A DNA stretch of 64,000 nt, taken from positions 734-64,733 of the forward strand of contig JASLID010000002.1 in assembly GCA_030153045.1 (NCBI GenBank), read 5' to 3'. The DNA is from Flavobacterium sp. (GTDB taxonomy: Bacteria; Bacteroidota; Bacteroidia; Flavobacteriales; Flavobacteriaceae). Shown piece after piece: positions 58,783 through 64,000 of this stretch. Position 1 is the first letter of the stretch. Every line of letters begins with the position of its first letter. Made by a program: the position numbers and the translations under genes. A model generated the notes under the pieces. It made no database searches. It had not been told where the DNA came from and was given only the letters and a program-made list of their open reading frames with translations.

Positions 58783-59376
58783 TTATTTCTCGAAAGCTTT
58801 TTTATTAAAGACAATTAACATTCCCACACCTGTTGATATGGCAATATCAGCTACATTAAAAATGGCATTAAAGAAGGTAAAGTGCTTTCCGCCTAAAACA
58901 GGAATCCACATTGGTAAATCACCACTCCAAATAGGAAAATAAAACATATCGACCACTTTCCCGTAAAACCAGGTTCCGTAAGGCTCGTTACTGAATAAAG
59001 TAGCTACTTGCATTTCGCTATGGTTGAATATTACTCCGTAAAATACAGAATCGATAATATTTCCAAAAGCACCAGCTAAAATTAAGGATAGCGCAAAAAT
59101 TAAAAGCGAAGAACACTGCTTTCTTACTGAATCCCATAACCAATAGCCAATCCCAATAACCGCAAAAATTCGAAACGTTGTTAGGAATAATTTACCATAA
59201 ATTCCAGGCAATTCAACTCCCCAAGCCATTCCTTCGTTTTCTACGAATAAAAATCGGAACCATTCAAAAACTTTGACTTCATCCTGAAGTGCAAAATGTG
59301 TTTTTACATATATTTTTGAAATTTGATCTATTACTAAAACCAAAAAAACGATAAAATAAGCCTTCTTTAAATTCAT
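58783..59376 (-). CDS. lspA: lipoprotein signal peptidase (signal peptidase II)
   Basis: 197 aa, four TM helices, and conserved Asp contexts (GNIIDSV, FNVADIAIS). Confidence 0.9.
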   Translation of the reverse strand: MNLKKAYFIVFLVLVIDQISKIYVKTHFALQDEVKVFEWFRFLFVENEGMAWGVELPGIYGKLFLTTFRIFAVIGIGYWLWDSVRKQCSSLLIFALSLILAGAFGNIIDSVFYGVIFNHSEMQVATLFSNEPYGTWFYGKVVDMFYFPIWSGDLPMWIPVLGGKHFTFFNAIFNVADIAISTGVGMLIVFNKKAFEK

Positions 59377-59464
59377 TGTTTCTATATTGAAGTCACAAAA
59401 ATAAACATTATTATATAAAAAACGCCCCTAGAAAGGAGCGTTCAGTAATTTATTGTATTTTAAA

Positions 59465-59845
59465 CTATCGCTGCAAGTTTTTTGCTTCAATACTCATTGT
59501 AGCATGCGGAACCAATTTTAATCTCTCTTTTTGGATTAATTTGCCCGTAACCTTGCAAACGCCATAAGTTTTATTCTCGATACGTACTAAAGCATTTTTC
59601 AAATCACGAATGAATTTCTCCTGACGAATAGCAAGCTGTGAGTTAGCCTCTTTAGACATGGTTTCGCTACCTTCTTCAAATGCTTTAAACGTTGGCGATG
59701 TATCATCGGTTCCGTTATTCAAGTCATTTAAGTATGCGCTTCTTATCAAGTCTAAATCGTTTTTAGCTTTGTCTAGTTTTTTCAAGATCAATTCTTTGAA
59801 TTCAGCCAAATCTGCATCTGAAAATCTTATTTGTTCATCTACCAT
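59465..59845 (-). CDS. TraR/DksA family protein with a degenerate (single-Cys) zinc finger
   Basis: 126 aa. Coiled-coil N-terminal part and a C-terminal YGVCKVTGKLIQKERLKLVPHAT in place of CxxC-x17-CxxC. Confidence 0.78.
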   Translation of the reverse strand: MVDEQIRFSDADLAEFKELILKKLDKAKNDLDLIRSAYLNDLNNGTDDTSPTFKAFEEGSETMSKEANSQLAIRQEKFIRDLKNALVRIENKTYGVCKVTGKLIQKERLKLVPHATMSIEAKNLQR

Positions 59846-59851
59846 AATTTC

Positions 59852-62800
59852 TTATTTTGAAATTAAAATTATTGTTTTTACATCATCAAACTCAATAACT
59901 GTACCGTTATCGATGTTTTCCTGAAGAATCAATTCTTCAGTTAAAGTCTCAGCCTTGATATATTCCTGATTATCTAAAATAGCTTGGTTGATAGTATCCT
60001 CTTTTTGAATAGCTACTTTTATTTTATCAGTCACTTCAAAACCTGAATCTTTCCGGATATTTTGGATTCGGTTTACTAATTCTCGGGCAATTCCTTCATT
60101 TTTGAGTTCATTAGAAATCGTGATGTCTAATGCAACTGTAATTCCGCCTGAATTGGCAACCAACCAACCCTCAATATCTTGTGAAGATATTTCCACATCT
60201 TCTAATGATAAAGTTATACTTTTTCCTGAAATAACAATGCTTAAGCTGCCATTTCTATCCAAATCATTTATCTGTTCCGGAGATAAATTTTGTATCTCAT
60301 TGGAAATCAAGATCATATCTTTACCAAATCGTGGTCCTAGGGCTTTAAAATTTGGTTTAATTTGTTTTACCAAAACCCCTGAAGCATCATCTAATAATTC
60401 TATTTCTTTTACATTTACTTCGGCCATAATCAGATCCGAAACTGCCTCAATTTCAGCACGTTGATTCTCGTCAAGTACTGGTATCATTACCTTTTGCAAT
60501 GGCTGACGCACTTTAATCATTTCCTTCTTACGAAGTGATAAAACCAATGATGAAATGGTCTGAGCCTTCTGCATTTTGCTTTCTAACGACTTATCAACAT
60601 ATTTTTCAACAAATTCAGGAAATTTCGCCAAATGTACACTTTCGAACTTCTCCCCTTGTGTTGCTTGTGTTAAATCTCTGTAAAGCTTGTCCATAAAGAA
60701 CGGTGCAATTGATGCTCCTAGCTTTGAAACATTCACTAAACACGTATATAATGTTTGGTAAGCTGCAATCTTATCTTGAGCGTATTCGCCTTTCCAGAAA
60801 CGACGACGACACAAACGAACGTACCAGTTACTCAGGTTTTCCTGAACGAAGTCAGAAATAGCACGAGCAGCTTTCGTTGGCTCATAATCAGCATAGAATC
60901 CGTCAACATCTTTGATTAATGTATTCAATTCTGATAAAATCCATCGGTCAATTTCCGGTCTTTCCTGCAAAGGAATTTCCGCTTCTTCATATTTAAACCC
61001 GTCGATGTTCGCATATAACGCAAAGAACGAATAGGTATTATATAGTGTTCCGAAGAATTTTCGACGTACTTCGGCAACCCCTTCAATATCAAATTTTAAG
61101 TTATCCCAAGGATTCGCATTGGCAATCATATACCAACGGGTCGCATCAGGACCATATTCAGCTAAAGTAGTAAATGGATCTACTGCATTTCCTAGACGTT
61201 TGGACATTTTTTGTCCGTTTTTGTCTAACACTAATCCGTTTGAAACTACATTTTTATAGGCTACTTTATCGAAAACCAAGGTTCCGATAGCGTGTAAGGT
61301 ATAGAACCAACCGCGTGTTTGGTCTACTCCCTCGGCGATGAAATCGGCTGGAAATGATTTGTTCCCGTCGATTAAATCTTTATTTTCAAAAGGATAATGC
61401 CATTGTGCGTATGGCATTGCTCCTGAATCGAACCAAACATCAATCAAATCGCTTTCGCGCTTCATTGGTTTTCCAGATGGTGAAACCAACGTAATATTGT
61501 CAACCACATTTTTGTGTAAATCCACTAAATCGTAGTTTTCCTCGGTCATGTTTCCGATTTGGAATCCTTTAAAAGGATTTACGGATTCTACGCCACTTTG
61601 GATTGCCTTTTCGATTTCAGCGTACAATTCTTCTACTGAACCGATTAATATTTCTTCGGTACCGTCTTCTGTTCTCCAGATTGGCAATGGAATTCCCCAG
61701 TAACGTGAGCGAGATAAATTCCAATCGTTCGCGTTTTTCAGCCAGTTCCCGAAACGTCCTTCTCCTGTTGCTTTAGGCTTCCAGTTGATGGTTTCATTCA
61801 GGTCGAACATTCGGTCTTTAACCTCGGTTACTTTGATAAACCAAGAGTCTAATGGGTAGTATAAAATTGGTTTATCCGTTCTCCAGCAATGTGGGTAACT
61901 GTGAACGTATTTTTCTACTTTAAATGCTTTATTTTCTTCTTTCAAACGAATCGCGATTTCTACATCTACTGATTTCTCAGGTGCTTCGCCGTCGTTGTAA
62001 TATTCGTTCTTTACGTATTTTCCACCCAAATCACCCATGGCAGTAATGAATCGACCTTGTAGGTCAACTAAAGGTACTGGATTTTCATTTTCATCCAACA
62101 CTAACATTGGTGGAACTTCTGGTGTTGCTTCTTTCGCTACTTTAGCGTCATCAGCTCCAAAAGTTGGCGCTGTGTGTACAATTCCCGTTCCATCTTCTGT
62201 AGTTACGAAATCTCCTGAAATCACCCTGAAAGCATTTTCTGGGTTTTGGTATGGTAAGGTGTATGGCAATAATTGTTCGAATTTGATTCCTACTAAATCT
62301 GCTCCTTTGCATTCGGCTAATATTTCGAAAGGAATTTTTTTGTCTCCTTCTTTAAAATTTTCAAAGTCAGACGCTTCACTCGATTCAAAATAATTTTTAG
62401 AAAACTGTTTTCCCACCAAGTTCTTCGCTAAAATCACATTGATTGGTCGGAACGTGTATTGGTTGAATGTTTTTACTAAAGCGTACTCAATTTTTGGCCC
62501 AACAGTTAAGGCTGTGTTACTCGGTAAAGTCCACGGTGTGGTCGTCCAAGCCAAAAAGTGAATTTCTTCTAAATCTAAGGCTTCAAATTTGTATTGTTTT
62601 AAATTTTTCGAGGTGATGTAATCGTAAAACTTAGCGAATACTTTTTGTCTGTCGGCATCTAAAACTTTAAACTGCGCTACAATCGTAGTGTCTGTCACAT
62701 CGCGATACGAACCTGGTTGATTGACTTCGTGTGAAGACAAACCTGTTCCTGCTTTTGGAGAATACGGCTGAATAGTGTAGCCTTTGTATAGTAAATCTTT

Positions 62801-63310
62801 GTTGTAAATCTGTTTTAGCAACCACCAAACCGATTCCATGTATTTGGATTTGTAAGTCACGTAGGGATCTTCCATATCGACCCAATACCCCATTTTTTCG
62901 GTAAGATCGTTCCACACGTCAGTATAACGCATTACGGTTTTCTTACACGCTTCGTTGTATTCGGCAATGGAAATGGTTTTTCCAATGTCTTCTTTGGTGA
63001 TGCCTAATTCTTTTTCGGTACCTAATTCTACAGGTAAACCGTGAGTATCCCAACCCGCTTTACGCTTTACTTGGAATCCTTTTTGAGTTTTATAACGACA
63101 AAAAATATCTTTAATCGCACGTGCCATCACGTGGTGAATACCCGGCAATCCGTTTGCTGAAGGTGGCCCTTCAAAAAATACATACGGAGTCGCTCCTTCA
63201 CGAGAAGTGACGCTTTGTTCAAAGATGTTTTGTTTTTTCCAAAAATCAAGTACTTCAGAGGCCACTGTAGGCAAATCAAGTCCTTTATATTCAGTAAATT
63301 TCGTGCTCAT
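59852..63310 (-). CDS. ileS: isoleucine--tRNA ligase (long, type 2 form)
   Basis: 1152 aa. HIGH-type motif (PSANGLPGIHHV) and KMSKS motif (QKMSKRLGN). Confidence 0.95.
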   Translation of the reverse strand: MSTKFTEYKGLDLPTVASEVLDFWKKQNIFEQSVTSREGATPYVFFEGPPSANGLPGIHHVMARAIKDIFCRYKTQKGFQVKRKAGWDTHGLPVELGTEKELGITKEDIGKTISIAEYNEACKKTVMRYTDVWNDLTEKMGYWVDMEDPYVTYKSKYMESVWWLLKQIYNKDLLYKGYTIQPYSPKAGTGLSSHEVNQPGSYRDVTDTTIVAQFKVLDADRQKVFAKFYDYITSKNLKQYKFEALDLEEIHFLAWTTTPWTLPSNTALTVGPKIEYALVKTFNQYTFRPINVILAKNLVGKQFSKNYFESSEASDFENFKEGDKKIPFEILAECKGADLVGIKFEQLLPYTLPYQNPENAFRVISGDFVTTEDGTGIVHTAPTFGADDAKVAKEATPEVPPMLVLDENENPVPLVDLQGRFITAMGDLGGKYVKNEYYNDGEAPEKSVDVEIAIRLKEENKAFKVEKYVHSYPHCWRTDKPILYYPLDSWFIKVTEVKDRMFDLNETINWKPKATGEGRFGNWLKNANDWNLSRSRYWGIPLPIWRTEDGTEEILIGSVEELYAEIEKAIQSGVESVNPFKGFQIGNMTEENYDLVDLHKNVVDNITLVSPSGKPMKRESDLIDVWFDSGAMPYAQWHYPFENKDLIDGNKSFPADFIAEGVDQTRGWFYTLHAIGTLVFDKVAYKNVVSNGLVLDKNGQKMSKRLGNAVDPFTTLAEYGPDATRWYMIANANPWDNLKFDIEGVAEVRRKFFGTLYNTYSFFALYANIDGFKYEEAEIPLQERPEIDRWILSELNTLIKDVDGFYADYEPTKAARAISDFVQENLSNWYVRLCRRRFWKGEYAQDKIAAYQTLYTCLVNVSKLGASIAPFFMDKLYRDLTQATQGEKFESVHLAKFPEFVEKYVDKSLESKMQKAQTISSLVLSLRKKEMIKVRQPLQKVMIPVLDENQRAEIEAVSDLIMAEVNVKEIELLDDASGVLVKQIKPNFKALGPRFGKDMILISNEIQNLSPEQINDLDRNGSLSIVISGKSITLSLEDVEISSQDIEGWLVANSGGITVALDITISNELKNEGIARELVNRIQNIRKDSGFEVTDKIKVAIQKEDTINQAILDNQEYIKAETLTEELILQENIDNGTVIEFDDVKTIILISK

Positions 63311-63412
63311 TTTATCGTTTTCTTAAATCAATGCGCGAAAGTAAGGAATTTTGAATAATTCTGTGTTAATACTATGACAAAATACGCTTGCAATAGCTAT
63401 TTTTTCTGTAGT

Positions 63413-64000
63413 TTATGCAAAAACTTCTTTGAGGACTTCGAGTGATTTTGGTTTTTTAAAACCATCAAGATGAGCAGAGTAGTAATCTAAGAGGATTTTG
63501 AGCAAGATTTGACGTTCGATCCCGGCGAAAACTTTTTGGTCACTGTCGAATTTTAAATCGATTAATTTTTTGAAGAGAAATGTTTCGTGTTCGGATAGAC
63601 AACTAACACCGTGCAATGAAGAAAACAATCCTTCATTCAACTCAAAAAAAGGCAAATCAATTTCGGAAATATCAGGGTAAAAACCGAGAAATTTAGTTGC
63701 TTCTAATAATAAAATTAGATGAAAATTAGCTGTTTCATCGTGATTGTCAAGCCACAATAAAGCAGTTTCTAAAAAAGAAAACAAGTCTTCATTTTTTTCC
63801 TCTTCATGAATGCTATGGTGTAGCATTTCGGATAAAAAAATAACCATTGTACTTTTAAAAATATCGGTATTTATAGAATGGAATGGTGTGGCTAACTTGA
63901 TTTCTTTGAAATGCTCCAACGTGCCTTTATTTTTGTGGCTGGCTTCAATTTCGAGAATAGTTAAAGGCTGGAAATAGGCGATTTTTTGATTGGATTTTTT
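63413..64000 (-). CDS. recO: DNA repair protein RecO; the 5' end runs off the window end
   Basis: The ORF track start at 63919 is an internal TTG. Manual translation stays in frame to base 64000 (..KKSNQKIAYFQPLTILEIEASHKNKGTLEHFKEIKL..), which is the end of the RecO OB-fold and the helical domain. Confidence 0.8.
   Translation of the reverse strand, partial: KKSNQKIAYFQPLTILEIEASHKNKGTLEHFKEIKLATPFHSINTDIFKSTMVIFLSEMLHHSIHEEEKNEDLFSFLETALLWLDNHDETANFHLILLLEATKFLGFYPDISEIDLPFFELNEGLFSSLHGVSCLSEHETFLFKKLIDLKFDSDQKVFAGIERQILLKILLDYYSAHLDGFKKPKSLEVLKEVFA

Noticed and set aside
1-64000. Search for mobile elements, defence islands, retron/DGR reverse transcriptases, toxin-antitoxin pairs and prophage remnants
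   Set aside because: No integrase, transposase, reverse transcriptase, restriction-modification, Cas or small paired toxin-antitoxin ORFs were recognisable in any frame. The only sign of horizontal gain is the 1.15-kb insertion next to rnc.

Overview
This is an AT-rich chromosomal segment that looks like core genome of a Flavobacterium-like member of the Bacteroidota. The evidence is repeated TAnnTTTG -7 promoter boxes, no Shine-Dalgarno sequences, a TSP3-repeat OmpA, sdhCAB of the b558 type, a long-form PurF and an IPExxxVDY-family gene. I call 55 protein-coding genes, and two of them run off the window edges. Nearly all are housekeeping: pdxA, ribE, glyQS, sdhCAB, pepP, an AddAB-like nuclease/helicase pair, ompA, kbl, sodA, purF, purN, rnhA, acpP-fabF-rnc, pyk, dinB, pgi, kynA-hppD-hmgA, uvrC, lspA, ileS and recO. 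I found no rRNA, tRNA, CRISPR array, transposase, integrase, phage gene or recognisable defence or toxin module, and I cannot support a novel multi-gene protein system here. The unusual signals are mostly non-coding. (1) Two tandem promoter-to-terminator units of about 73 nt sit between the convergent sodA and purF genes and look like a duplicated, unannotated small RNA gene. (2) An insertion of about 1.15 kb breaks the conserved rnc / IPExxxVDY / pyk arrangement. It carries an orphan Cys-containing lipoprotein and is flanked by a decayed duplicate of the rnc 3' end. (3) A family of 80-120 nt hairpin-containing intergenic repeats has three copies in the window. One lies inside the hmgA-hppD operon and one creates a spurious N-terminal extension on a patatin/Omp85-type gene. 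Smaller points are a His/Arg-rich mini-lipoprotein, an AddB-like subunit without an N-terminal Walker A or an Fe-S cysteine cluster, and a perfect palindrome between acpP and fabF. All product calls come from reading the translated ORFs. No database search was run.
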